Assembly: GCA_001600695.1 (NCBI GenBank) | Contig: BCKQ01000002.1 | Span: 1,409,730-1,432,406 of the forward strand | DNA from: Ascoidea asiatica JCM 7603 | Taxonomy: Eukaryota > Fungi > Ascomycota | DNA: 22,677 nucleotides | Direction: 5' to 3' | Part shown: piece by piece, positions 1-10,483 of the stretch | Position numbering within the stretch: position 1 is the stretch's first letter | Layout: each line of letters opens with the position of its first letter | The notes under the pieces: model-generated | Databases searched by the model: none | What the model saw: only the letters and a program-made list of their open reading frames with translations | Told to the model about the DNA's origin: nothing | Position numbers and translations under genes: made by a program

Positions 1-128
1 TTTGATTTCAACATATTTTGAAAAGTTCTTCACATTTACATATTTATTCATTGTTTTATTAATTTATATATATTATATATATATTCATATACTTATTCAT
101 CCATTCATTCGTTCAATTTATCAATAAA

Positions 129-2399
129 TCATTCTTGATAACTTACATCAATCATTTTATGAAACCATTCAGAAATTCCATCTCTAGGAATAACTTCAAT
201 AATTTCTTTTTTTAAAAGATTTTTATTGAAATTAATTTCATTTCCATTTCCATTTCCATTTCCATTTCCATTTTCGAATCCATTTCTATTTAAAATTAAA
301 GATGAATTATTGACTTTATTATTTTCAAAATTTCTTTTAATTTCAAATATACAATTATTTATACAAATATATTTTAAATTTTTATTCATTAAACTTAAAT
401 TATATGCAATATGTTGAACTTTATACCATTCATCAAATATACCATTATGAACAACTTCTAATCCTAAATGATAATTGAAATTATTATTAATATTATATTC
501 ACCTCTATTACTATTATTATTATTATTATTATTTCTAAAATTATTACTAAAATTATTATTAAGATTATTAATATTATTATTAATATTTAAATTTGAATTT
601 GAAATTGAATTTTCTTCAATTAATTTTAAATATTTTAATTTTTTAAAATTTTTAATTTTTTTTAAATTAAAATCTTCATTATTATTATAAATTGTATTAA
701 AGTTAAACTTAATTTTAAAACTTTCTAAATTATTATTGAATTTTAATTTAATTATATTTATTAATTTATTATTAAAATTATTATTTAATTTAATTAAATC
801 ATTTTTATTAATATTATTCTTAATATCATTATCATCAATAATTATTGAGATCTTTTTCAATTGAATTAAATTTTCATTAATATTCTCAAAGAAACTTAAA
901 TAATTATTTAATTGATTTTCAATATTAGTTTTTATATCACTATTATTATTATTATTATCTTCATTGAAATTATTTAAATTTATAATCAAGTCTAAACCTT
1001 TTATTAAGTTATTTTTACAAAAATTAGATAAAAAATTTGGAATATAATCATTATTTGGAGTTTTAATATTTAATTTTAAGTATTTTAAATAATTTAAGTG
1101 ATTTAAATTATTTAAGATATTAAAATCATAATTAATTCTTTGAATAAAAGAAAATTGATTTAAATGATTTAATTCATAAATATTTAATTCTAATTCATTT
1201 AAATTATTTAAATTTATCACATTTTTTATAATTTTATAATCTGAACTTTTAATAATTATACCATTTAAAGATAATTTTTTTAAATTTAATAATTTTAAAT
1301 TTTTTTTAATAAATGGATTAAAAATTGAATATAAATTATTTAATTCATTTTTAAATTTAAAATTTAATTCAAAATCATTTAAATTTCTAATTAATAAAGA
1401 ATTTAAATTTGGATAAATCATTGATTTTAAAAAATTTAAATTTGAAATTTTTAAAATTTTTAAAATTAAATTATTTGAATTAAATTGATTATTAATTAAA
1501 TAACTTTTAAAGATATAATTTAAAATAAATTTATATTTATAATCAATAATTTCTAAATGAATTAAATTTTTAAATGGGAAAAAATTTTTTAATAAATTTA
1601 AATTTTTTTTATCATTATAATTTTCTTTAATAAATTTAAATTCTTTTTCAGAAAAATTTAAATTAATTTTTAATTTTGTAATATTATCATAATTGAAATT
1701 TAAATTTGAATTTAATTTTAATAGATTAAAATTTATTGGATTCCAAATAATTTGATTTAAATTTTTAAAATTATTAATTAAAGAAGAATTTAAAATTAAA
1801 TTTAATTCAAAATCAGTAATATTATTTGGAATATTAATAAAATTAAAAGTTTTAATAAAATTATTATAATTTGAATTTGAATTAATTAATTTAATAAATT
1901 TTTTAAAATTATATTTTGAATTTATAAAAGTTGTAATTAAATTAAATTTTTTATTAAAATATAATAAATTTTCTAAATTAAATTCACTATAATTATTAAA
2001 AATTATAATATTTTTATAAATTTTTTTTATAATTATATTAAATATAGATTTTTTAGTTAAAGCTAAATTTAATGAATCAAATTGATTTAAAAAAGTTGAG
2101 ATTAAATAAATTAATTGATTTGGTAAACATGTTAATGAATTTTTATTTAAATTATTAATATTTAAATTATATAAAGTCTTTTTAATATTTAAAGATTCAA
2201 TTTCAGTTCTTGATTTATATTTATATCTTGAAACTGTTCTTGGATTAGTTTTTGTTTTGTTTCTTGAAGTATAATCATTTGAATAGTTATTTGAATAATC
2301 ATTTGAATAGTCAATTGTTGGATATGAATGATTTGTTAATAATGGCAATCCAGAATATCCAATAGGTACATTAAAATCCAAAGTTGCAGAGAAATCCAT
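129..2399 (-). CDS. F-box-containing protein with a degenerate Leu/Asn-rich (LRR-like) C-terminal region; putative Skp1/SCF adaptor
   Basis: 756-aa ATG-initiated ORF. The segment LTCLPNQLIYLISTFLNQFDSLNLALTKKSIFNIIIKKIYKNIII fits the F-box pattern (LxxLPxxLxxxIxxFL...LxLxxxxK...Y) and resembles the yeast Roy1/Ydr131c-type F-box. Downstream LxxLxL-like repeats and Asn tracts. Orthology not assignable by eye. Confidence 0.7.
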   Translation of the reverse strand: MDFSATLDFNVPIGYSGLPLLTNHSYPTIDYSNDYSNNYSNDYTSRNKTKTNPRTVSRYKYKSRTEIESLNIKKTLYNLNINNLNKNSLTCLPNQLIYLISTFLNQFDSLNLALTKKSIFNIIIKKIYKNIIIFNNYSEFNLENLLYFNKKFNLITTFINSKYNFKKFIKLINSNSNYNNFIKTFNFINIPNNITDFELNLILNSSLINNFKNLNQIIWNPINFNLLKLNSNLNFNYDNITKLKINLNFSEKEFKFIKENYNDKKNLNLLKNFFPFKNLIHLEIIDYKYKFILNYIFKSYLINNQFNSNNLILKILKISNLNFLKSMIYPNLNSLLIRNLNDFELNFKFKNELNNLYSIFNPFIKKNLKLLNLKKLSLNGIIIKSSDYKIIKNVINLNNLNELELNIYELNHLNQFSFIQRINYDFNILNNLNHLNYLKYLKLNIKTPNNDYIPNFLSNFCKNNLIKGLDLIINLNNFNEDNNNNNSDIKTNIENQLNNYLSFFENINENLIQLKKISIIIDDNDIKNNINKNDLIKLNNNFNNKLINIIKLKFNNNLESFKIKFNFNTIYNNNEDFNLKKIKNFKKLKYLKLIEENSISNSNLNINNNINNLNNNFSNNFRNNNNNNNSNRGEYNINNNFNYHLGLEVVHNGIFDEWYKVQHIAYNLSLMNKNLKYICINNCIFEIKRNFENNKVNNSSLILNRNGFENGNGNGNGNGNEINFNKNLLKKEIIEVIPRDGISEWFHKMIDVSYQE
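241..271 (+). repeat. (TTTCCA)n hexamer microsatellite encoding a (GN)n tract in the F-box protein
   Basis: About 5 tandem TTTCCA units; the translation shows NGNGNGNGNGN. Confidence 0.85.
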
Positions 2400-2872
2400 T
2401 ATTTGAAATGCAAAAGAATCACCAAAACAGAAGAAAATTAAAAGATTATCATATTTGAAGTAATGAATATATATGAAATAAAAGATTAATTGAATGGATT
2501 AAAAAGTTATTAGATCGATGGAAATATTCTGATTGATTTATATTAAAATGTTTAATAAAATTGATATTAAAACATGATTTAATTGTATTTGAATGGTGTA
2601 AGTTAAATAAAGGTAGTTTGGAATTGATTTGCTTGACCCGTGCGGTGTTTGCCAGTTGATTGGGCGGTTTGACTCGTCGGTGGCGACTGGCAGTTGGCGG
2701 TTGGCGGTTGGCGGTTGTTGTGAGGGTGCAGGGTGTTAGTAAAGAAGAAAGAAGAGAAGAGAAGAGAAGAGAAGTAGATATTAGAAGAAGAAGAAGAAGA
2801 AGAAGAGAAGAAGAAGAGAAGTAGATACTTGGATAATGATAACAACTAGGAGAAGGAAGAGAAGAGAAGATA
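2400..2872. promoter_or_regulatory. Divergent (bidirectional) promoter with a GC-rich core
   Basis: 473 bp between two divergent ATGs. The GC-rich core (~2630-2740) has a Reb1-like TGACCCG (2634-2640), an Rpn4-like GGTGGCGA (2679-2686) and (TGGCGGT)n heptamers. A GA-rich tract follows. Confidence 0.55.
2741..2870 (+). repeat. Purine-rich (GAAGA)n/(GAA)n low-complexity tract upstream of the 605-aa gene
   Basis: Runs of GAAGA and GAA units are directly visible. Confidence 0.8.
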
Positions 2873-4690
2873 ATGAAGAGAAACAATGATGGAAATAGAA
2901 TCAAATTCAATGTAAAGAAAACCAAAGGAAATAGAAATAGATTCAAGTCTAAAAGCAAAAGTAAAGAATTAATAAGTGCAAATGATTATTTTGATGAAGC
3001 ATTGAATGAAGAAGAAGTTGGAGACAGATGGGTGAAAACAGATCTTATGAAATCATTAAGATTTTATAATAGATCATATAATTATTATAAAAAGAGTATT
3101 GAAATTGAAATTGAGAACTCTAGGAATAAGAATAGGAATATGAATAGTTTAAAAGGTTCAATTGGTATTGATTCAATTTACAATCTCACCAGATTGATTT
3201 ATTTTATTTATAATGAATTTATCAGACCAGATATTAATGTTTTTGAAATTTTAAGTATTAACTATGATAATGATAATGATAATGATAATCAAAGTAATTT
3301 AGAGATTGAAGTTTTGATAAAATATAATAAATTAAAAGAGATTATTAAAGTTTATGAAGAATCAATATATATTTTAAAAGATAAATTTAAAGTTGAAGTT
3401 ATACCATGGGATTTAATATATAATTTATGTTTAATATATAATAATATTCTTGAAGAAATCAATGAAGAAGAAGAAGAAGAAGAAGAATCTAAAAATGGAA
3501 ATGAAATTCAATATATTATTAAAGGAATTGAATTATATAAAGAATTAATCAATTATCAAATTAAAGAATTGAATGAATTAAATAAAGAAGAAATCATTGA
3601 AGATTTTGGAAATTATGAAATTGGAAATGAAAATGGTAATGATAATGAAAATAAAGAAGAATTTGGTATAAGTTCAGATACAATAAATTTACAAGTTTTA
3701 ATTGATAGTTTAATTTCAGGATATCAATTAATTATAAATTCAATTAATATTATAAATAAAGATAATAATGAAATTAAAGAAATTAAAGAAATTAAAGAAA
3801 TTAAAGTTAAATTAAATGAATTTTATTTATATTTAAATTCAATTGAATTTGAAATTAAAGAATCATTTAAAGATTATAAGAATAATATTGAAATTGAAAA
3901 TGAAATTGAAAATGAAAAAGAAAATAGAATTGAAATAGAGATAATGAAATTGAAAATTGAAATTTTATTTAAAGAAAATAAAAATTTAAATTTAAATTAT
4001 ATTAAAGAAATTGAAAAATATTGGAAATTAAATATTTTTAATAATGATAATGATAATGATAATGAACATTATTTTAATTTTAGTGAATTAATTAATGATT
4101 TAATTGAAAAAGATATAAATAATAATTTGAATAATTTAAATTTGAATGAAAAAATTAAGATTTTTGAATTAATTAATTTTTATTATTTAACATCATTAAA
4201 AGTTTATTTTGATAAATATAATAATTTTAATAAAAATTTAAAAGAATTTAATGAAAAAGAAAAAGAATTTGAAATTTTAAAAAAAATTTTAGATATAAAT
4301 TTAATAAAAAGTGATAATGAAATTGAATTAATTAAATTATTTAAAAAAATTAATAATAATAATAATAATAATAATAATGAAGATAATATTAATAAATATA
4401 ATAATAATATTAAAATATCATTAAAAAATAATAAAATTTTAATTTCAAATTATTTAATTAATAATAAATTAAGAGAAATTTTTATAAATAAATTAATTTT
4501 AAGAAAATATAATATTCAAAGTTTAGTTAGATTAAGTTTATTTGAAATTGAAAATAAAAATGAAGATATAAATATTATTAGAAATAAAATTCATAATAAA
4601 ATCTTTGGAAATAATTCTAAAAATGATTCAATTTGTGATAAACTTATAGATGAAGAGATTTATAAACTTAAAGATTTATATTTATCATAA
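2873..4690 (+). CDS. Conserved fungal alpha-helical (TPR-like, UPF0656-type) protein
   Basis: 605-aa ORF. A basic N-terminus followed by ANDYFDEALNEEEVGDRW..TDLMKSLRFYNRSYNYY, then DSIYNLTRL and WDLIYNL, resembles a conserved fungal uncharacterised family recalled as UPF0656. The family name needs an HMM check. Confidence 0.6.
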   Translation: MKRNNDGNRIKFNVKKTKGNRNRFKSKSKSKELISANDYFDEALNEEEVGDRWVKTDLMKSLRFYNRSYNYYKKSIEIEIENSRNKNRNMNSLKGSIGIDSIYNLTRLIYFIYNEFIRPDINVFEILSINYDNDNDNDNQSNLEIEVLIKYNKLKEIIKVYEESIYILKDKFKVEVIPWDLIYNLCLIYNNILEEINEEEEEEEESKNGNEIQYIIKGIELYKELINYQIKELNELNKEEIIEDFGNYEIGNENGNDNENKEEFGISSDTINLQVLIDSLISGYQLIINSINIINKDNNEIKEIKEIKEIKVKLNEFYLYLNSIEFEIKESFKDYKNNIEIENEIENEKENRIEIEIMKLKIEILFKENKNLNLNYIKEIEKYWKLNIFNNDNDNDNEHYFNFSELINDLIEKDINNNLNNLNLNEKIKIFELINFYYLTSLKVYFDKYNNFNKNLKEFNEKEKEFEILKKILDINLIKSDNEIELIKLFKKINNNNNNNNNEDNINKYNNNIKISLKNNKILISNYLINNKLREIFINKLILRKYNIQSLVRLSLFEIENKNEDINIIRNKIHNKIFGNNSKNDSICDKLIDEEIYKLKDLYLS

Positions 4691-4725
4691 ATCTTTAATT
4701 AATATAAAAAAAGTAGTATAGACAT

Positions 4726-4925
4726 TGTAATGGATAGGTCTATCTAGATGATATTTAATATTGTAAAAGTATTTATTGAAGCTATATATTTCGAATTGCT
4801 TGATTATTAAAATAAACTATTAATTCTAATAATCAAGGGATTACTTATTTATATAAATGGGATAAATCCTATGAATTGATTAGTAATGACACCTAATGCG
4901 GAATGGCCCATTAGTGTTCATTACA
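4726..4925. mobile_element. Solo LTR (200 bp), family unrelated to the adjacent Gypsy LTRs
   Basis: Starts TGTAATG and ends CATTACA (7-bp perfect terminal inverted repeat). Flanked by an exact 5-bp target-site duplication GACAT (4721-4725 and 4926-4930). Internal TATATAAA at ~4850. Confidence 0.85.
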
Positions 4926-4944
4926 GACATAATAAAAAAAAAAA

Positions 4945-5080
4945 CGCCAAAAGTGTGGGTCTTCTTACGATGGTACGCTACTGTAATTAATGACAAGTTA
5001 GTATGCATTGGACCCGTCTCCATGGTAAATAATACCTGAATGGCCGGGTCAGGTGACCGGCCTTCTAGAGACCAGAACGG
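4945..5080 (-). ncRNA. 3' half of a candidate structured RNA interrupted by the Gypsy element
   Basis: GC-rich (66 of 136 bases by hand count). Hairpins at 5024-5036, 5042-5062 and 5063-5077. 4972-4982 is complementary to 11299-11309. On the - strand it has ACA (4954-4956) and is followed by an 11-T run (4934-4944). No known family recognised. Confidence 0.4.
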
Positions 5081-5570
5081 TGATTGTAGTTCGCACGAAA
5101 TATCTAATTATTACTAAGAAGATATCTAATTCAAATTATAAACAATTGTTAATTAAAATATAAAATATATAAAAATTATATATTTTATATGGAAGGTAAG
5201 TGCCCTAATTATATTAGTGAAAAATAGGAGCGGGTAACTCATCATAAGAATAAATTTGTAAATTTAGTATGTGAAAGTTCACTTCACATACTTAAGAAAA
5301 GAAATAGAATAAAGTAATGTTCTAGAAGACACTACGTCATTCTAAGAACAAACACGAGGATGCCAGTACATTCGAGATGCACACAGAACTTCGAAGAAAG
5401 AATAAATAATGCAGACCCAGAACGTTCTAGTACATTTGACATGCACACAAAAGTTCTAAGAACGCAATAGAATGTAGTCGTAGAACAATCTATGCAATCT
5501 TAGAAAGTTTAAGAATAGCCTAGAATATTTAAAGACAGTTCTAATAAAAAAATAAAATGATTAACAATCA
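5081..5570 (-). repeat. 3' LTR (490 bp) of the Gypsy element
   Basis: 5081-5300 aligns without gaps to 10999-11218 with 16 mismatches in 220 (hand count). Shares the terminal AATAAAATGATTAACAATCA. Carries an extra 248-bp block (~5300-5547). Reb1-type CGGGTAA at 5231-5237, 10-bp-stem inverted repeat at 5266-5292, TATAAAA on the - strand at ~5182-5188. Confidence 0.92.
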
Positions 5571-5633
5571 AATAGGCCCACGTTTACAAATCGAAGGCCC
5601 TTGAAGTTTTACTTAATCTTGATCTATCACCAT

Positions 5634-8600
5634 TTAGTAATTTTGAGAATGATTGAGAAACTTTTTAATTGGATGCTTATCATCAATCAAACCAAGAATT
5701 AATTTATTACCGTTTACTTTATTTTTAATATCAGCACCGATTAAAGTAGAAAGTTTGTAACCATTATTATCAAAAACTTTTTTCCCAGTATGTGGACCAT
5801 TATAATATGGTTCTAATGTGTGTTTTCTAAGTCTTTGTCTTAAAACATAATCACCAACTTCAAAAACTTTAATGAATGCTTTGTCTTCTTGAAGGTTTTT
5901 TTTGGTATTTACAATGTTCCATTTAATTTTAGAATGTTCCTTTCTTTTTTTATTTAGCTTTGAATTTGTAAGACTCTTAATTGAGTTGGTTCTTGATCCT
6001 CGGCATCTGTAGGTTCTCTTGCATAAGGTTGCATATTACTGCTTGAATCTCAATATACACCAAAAGCTAAAAAGTAAGGTGATAATCCATATTTTGACTT
6101 TCTTGACCTGTATTGAATTAATGCAGCATTGAGAAGTGGGTCCCATTCGGAGAAAACATTCAAATGAAATATAATTTGTTTGAATAAACCATTAAACTTC
6201 TCACATTTACCATTAGTCTCTGGGTGGTATGGAGTGGTTTTGCGACATTTGATTCCTAAGGAATCTAATTTCTCAATAACATTATTTGCAACAAAACCAG
6301 AACCATTATCCATAATTATTTCTTTCATTTGACCATGGTTAGTGACGATAGTTTGAATTAAATTTAAAACATGTAACGATCCAGTATCTGGTGTTGCAAC
6401 AGCATAAGCATAATCTGTACCATAATCAATTGCAGTGATGCAAAATTTATTTCCAGATGAAGTTTTTTGAAAAGGACCAATATAATCCATCCCCCATCTT
6501 GAGAAGGCTGTTGTAGAAGGAATTGGAGTTAATGTCTTAGAAGTAGTTGATGGCTTTTTCATAAGCTGACAATGAGGACAAACTCTAATAACTTCTTGAA
6601 ATAATAGAATACTATCAGGATGAGAGTATTTTTCATTTACCATGTTTTCTAGATTTGCAATGGAACAGTGAGCATTTGAAAGATGAACTTTTTCAGAGAC
6701 TTCCTTAAACTTATCTTCACTTAAAACAATAGCTAAACGATCTTTAATTCTAATATGTACTTGATTATCATAGAACATAAAGTTAGCAAAGATAAATTTA
6801 GAACTCATATTTTTAGGAATTTCTTTATTTTGAAAAAATTCTTTAATTCTAATAAGATCGACTTCACACAAATCCTTAATTGATTTGATGGTTTTTATCT
6901 GAGTTTCAATTTCATTAAGTTCATCAATTTCCATTAATGTCTCATATGCTTTTTCATCAACCAAATCAGTCCTTCTTGATAGTAAATCAGGAACCACATT
7001 TTGTTTTCCAGGCTTATATTGAATATCACATTCATAAAGTTCAATAAATTTAATGAATTTCCTAACTCTTTTTCCAGGATCTGATTTAGTTCTAATATAT
7101 TAAAGATACTCATGATCGGTTCTAACAATAATTTTGCATCCTTCAATATATTTTTGAAAATGAATCAATGAATGAACAACAGCTAAAAGTTCTCTCTCTT
7201 GAGCAGAATACTTTTGTTGTGTTTTTGAAAATTTTCTTGATTCAAAAGCAACAGCATATAATTGGATCTTTTTTCAGTGTTCTCATTTTTATAGGATTGG
7301 AGTAATACACAACCTAAAGCAAAGTCAGAAGCATCAGTTTCTAAAATTGCAACTCTCTTAGGATCAAATGCTTTTAAAACAGGAGCAGTAGTTAATGTTT
7401 TTTTCATTGATGTAAAGCATTGAATTAGAGAAGTTTTGATTCAATTTTTGTTCCTGGTTTAGGAGACCCAACTGATAAATCTGTAAGTGGGATCATTTGT
7501 TAAGAAAAATTTGAGATAAATTTTCCGTAATATGAGCATAAGTTAATGAAACCTCTTATATCAGTAATTGATTTTGGTAATGGCCAATTTAAGATTTTCT
7601 CGATCTTTGTAGGATCAGTTTTGATTCCTTCTGAGGAAACAATACGTCCTAAAAATTTAACTTCTTTGCAAAAGAATTTTGACTTCTTCACATTTAATTG
7701 AAGGTTTTCTTTTTCAAGTTCAGTAAGGACCTCATTAACTTGATCGATACGATCTGCTTTATTATGGCTGTAAATAATTATATCATCAACATAAACCATA
7801 ACATAAGGTAGGTGGCCTAAAAGTTTCATCATACATGATTAAAAGGTATAAGTACCATTTACTAAGCCAAAAGGCATGACATTGAATTGATAATGACCTG
7901 AATTGGAAGAAAAACCAGTTTTAGCTTTACTATGATTATCTAAAGCAATTTGGTAAAAGCCATTTTTCATATCCAAACAAGTGAAGTATTTAGCCCCATT
8001 GAGTTTATTAAGGCAAATATCAATAGATGGCAAAGGAAAATAATGCCTAACACTAATAGCATTTAATTTCCTATAATCAACGCAAACTCTATAAGTTCTA
8101 TCATCTTTTGGAACAAGAACTAATGGAAAGTTCCAACCTCTTTTAGTTTCAGAAATTAATCCGGCTTCTAGATTTGATTTAACAAATTGATCAATGAATT
8201 TTTGTTGAAGAGGACTATAGTTGTAACTTTCAATATAAATTGGTGTTTCAGAAGTTGTTTCAATAGTGTGTTTAAACAGTCTTTCTGGAGGTAATCTTGG
8301 AGTTGAATCATTTAAGTAAGAGTATTTCTTAAGATCAAACACTTGTTCCTCATTTGACTGTGATGTTGAGACATAAAATTTTTCTAATTCAACAACATTT
8401 TCTGGACTCAAAATACACTTTTCATCTTGGTTAAAAAGCATAATTGAAAATCTATCACTAACTTTTGCACAAAATTTATGGTCGTAGAGAAATCTACTTC
8501 CAATAGTAATCTCGAAAGCTTTTGTTGAACTTTCTGGCAAAACAGCACATTTAATGTCAATTAAACCATAGTTTTCAATGAATAGTGGTAAAATGACATC

Positions 8601-10483
8601 ATTCTTGACTATCACTGTCCCTGTAAAGCCATGGATTGTTGTAGGCTTACGCTCTAGCATTTTGATTCCCAAGCCTTTTAAGGATGATTCAAAAACATAG
8701 TTGGTTTCAGCACCAGTATCGAAAAGAATTTTCATCTTTTTATCATTAAAAGAAGAATTGAAATATCTATTTGGAATCTTTTTGTTGTTGGTGTTAATTA
8801 ACCTAAAATGTTCATCGTCAGAAAAGGATTCTGAGGTCAGTTCCAGCTCTGACTTTTCAGATTGGTCTTCCTCCGCTCCTTCTTCAGCAATTCTGTAACT
8901 AGACTTCTTGTCATATTTGTTTTTGTATCTAGAATTGGAATTACCTTTTGATTTTCTATTTGCAGCTTCGGTTTCAACAATTTTTTTGTATTTTCTATAC
9001 CAGAAACAAGTATTTCTGAAATGTCCTGGGAGATTACAGAAATCACAAGTTTTGGTTGTGGAACGAATTGCATTGAAGTTTTCCTTTGTGTTTGAATCAA
9101 TAATTGATTCAAGATTATTGAAGTTATAAATATCATTGTCAATAATAACTTCATTTGAAACAGCTGTAAAAACATCTCTTGAACTGAACAAGTTAAGTAA
9201 TTTGTTGAACAATTCAATAGTTGTTTTGGATGGAAATTTTGTTTCCCATTGAATTTGATGACGAAATTCATTTTTAATTTGAGAAATAATTGTTGATCTC
9301 ATGAAAGTACTAGAAACAGCATTTAAAGGAAGACTTTCATAAGAATTTCTAAATCTTGTTATAAAATCAACAACTTTTTCATTTTCAGAGGGTTTAATTT
9401 CTTTGAATTGTTGAATTAAAGCTCTATAATTTTGATCTGTGTCTATACCTCCGAGAATGAAAGCACAGGCAGCAGGCCATGAAGGGTTTTTTAAACCATT
9501 TCTTGCAATGGTTCTAATGAAATTAATTCATTTTAAATTCATAAATTCTGGAATATAGTTATAAGGATTTATACCCCATAAATCATATCTTAACCTATTC
9601 ATTTTGAAGTAAGTTTCAATAGATTGTAATTTTAGAATTAATTTTCTATCTTGTCTACCTTCAATAATTAAATTTTGTTTTAATTTGGGTGGTTTTGAAG
9701 TACCATCCATACCAATACCAGAATTATCTCTGTTTATTGCCATACCTGGCCAAAGTAAAACACTTTCAACCTTTGGATTCTCCCAAACAGCAGACTCAAT
9801 CTTTATTTCATTAGATTTAATTTGATTGAGATCATATTGCCAGTTATTAACCTTATTCAGTTCAGTGAATATGTTCTGGTTATTTTGTTTGGGTGCTTGA
9901 AAACCTTGTGCAAGCTTTTGAACTTTTGCAGCAGCAGCTGGTATAGTTGGTGATTTAAGAATTTCTTCTTTGATTTTGTCTTCAGCTTCAAAAAATATAG
10001 TGTGATCACCATCATCAGTAGTATTCACATTTGGATGAGCAGCAACATTTTTATTAGCTGTAGCATTAGTTCTATCTGAAGCAGAAGCATCTTTTCGTTT
10101 AATTTGAGCAAAAGGATCATTAATTGTAGAAGTTTTAGATAAAGAAGATGTAATAGATTTAAGCATATCTTTGATAAAATCTATATCGGATGATTGATTT
10201 GTAATAGTAGATCTTAAATCATCAAAATGCTTACTTTATTTAAGTGTATTTGAATCTTGATTCTAAACTTTTCACTAACATCAGATCTTAGTTTGTTGAT
10301 TGACTCACTAACTGATGTAATTTGTTTACCTATTTTATTAAATGAAGCTTCAATTAAGGCAATGTTGTCATTAATTTTTTTGTATAAAGATTTAATAGTT
10401 TCAGTTATGATTGTGTTTTTTGCAGTTAAATAGTGTTGATAATTTTTAGTAATGATTTTAAAAAATTATTTGGTTTGGGAAAT
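5634..10483 (-). pseudogene. Disrupted gag-pol polyprotein (Gag, zinc knuckle, aspartic protease, RT, RNase H, integrase)
   Basis: Motifs in order: MHR-like IKPSENEKVVDFITRF; CCHC knuckle CDFCNLPGHFRNTC; protease LFDTGA; RT RVCVDYRKLN, MPFGL, YVDD; RNase H ETDAS, ERELLA, TDH; IN HHCC (HLSNAH...CPHC), D-D-E (WGMDYIGP, MDNG, NGKCE) and a GPY/F-like tail (FEVGDYVL...LEPYYNGPH). Manual reading finds in-frame stops at ~10466, 10236, 9528, 7839, 7500, 7100 and 6050, and frameshifts near 10262, 7437, 7270 and 5960. The probable start is a mutated ATG (ATT at 10481-10483 after an A-run). Confidence 0.92.

Noticed and set aside
226-690. Short + strand ORFs (226-417, 475-690)
   Set aside because: Antisense shadows of Asn/Gly repeats in the F-box gene; low-complexity translations.
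2449-2958. ORFs 2449-2958 and 2603-2845 (-)
   Set aside because: Translations of the GA microsatellite and heptamer repeat in the promoter; no ATG start and no protein-like features.
5063-5077. Group I intron R-element-like TTCTAGAGACCAGA
   Set aside because: No matching S element or P7 partner and no P/Q elements.
6050-10166. Treating the separate retroelement ORFs as independent genes or as programmed recoding
   Set aside because: Stops and frameshifts fall inside conserved domains (e.g. TF*, where FQ is expected in RT), so they are decay lesions of one polyprotein. ORFs 6934-7146, 8837-9271, 8701-8898 and 8908-9129 are off-frame or antisense shadows.
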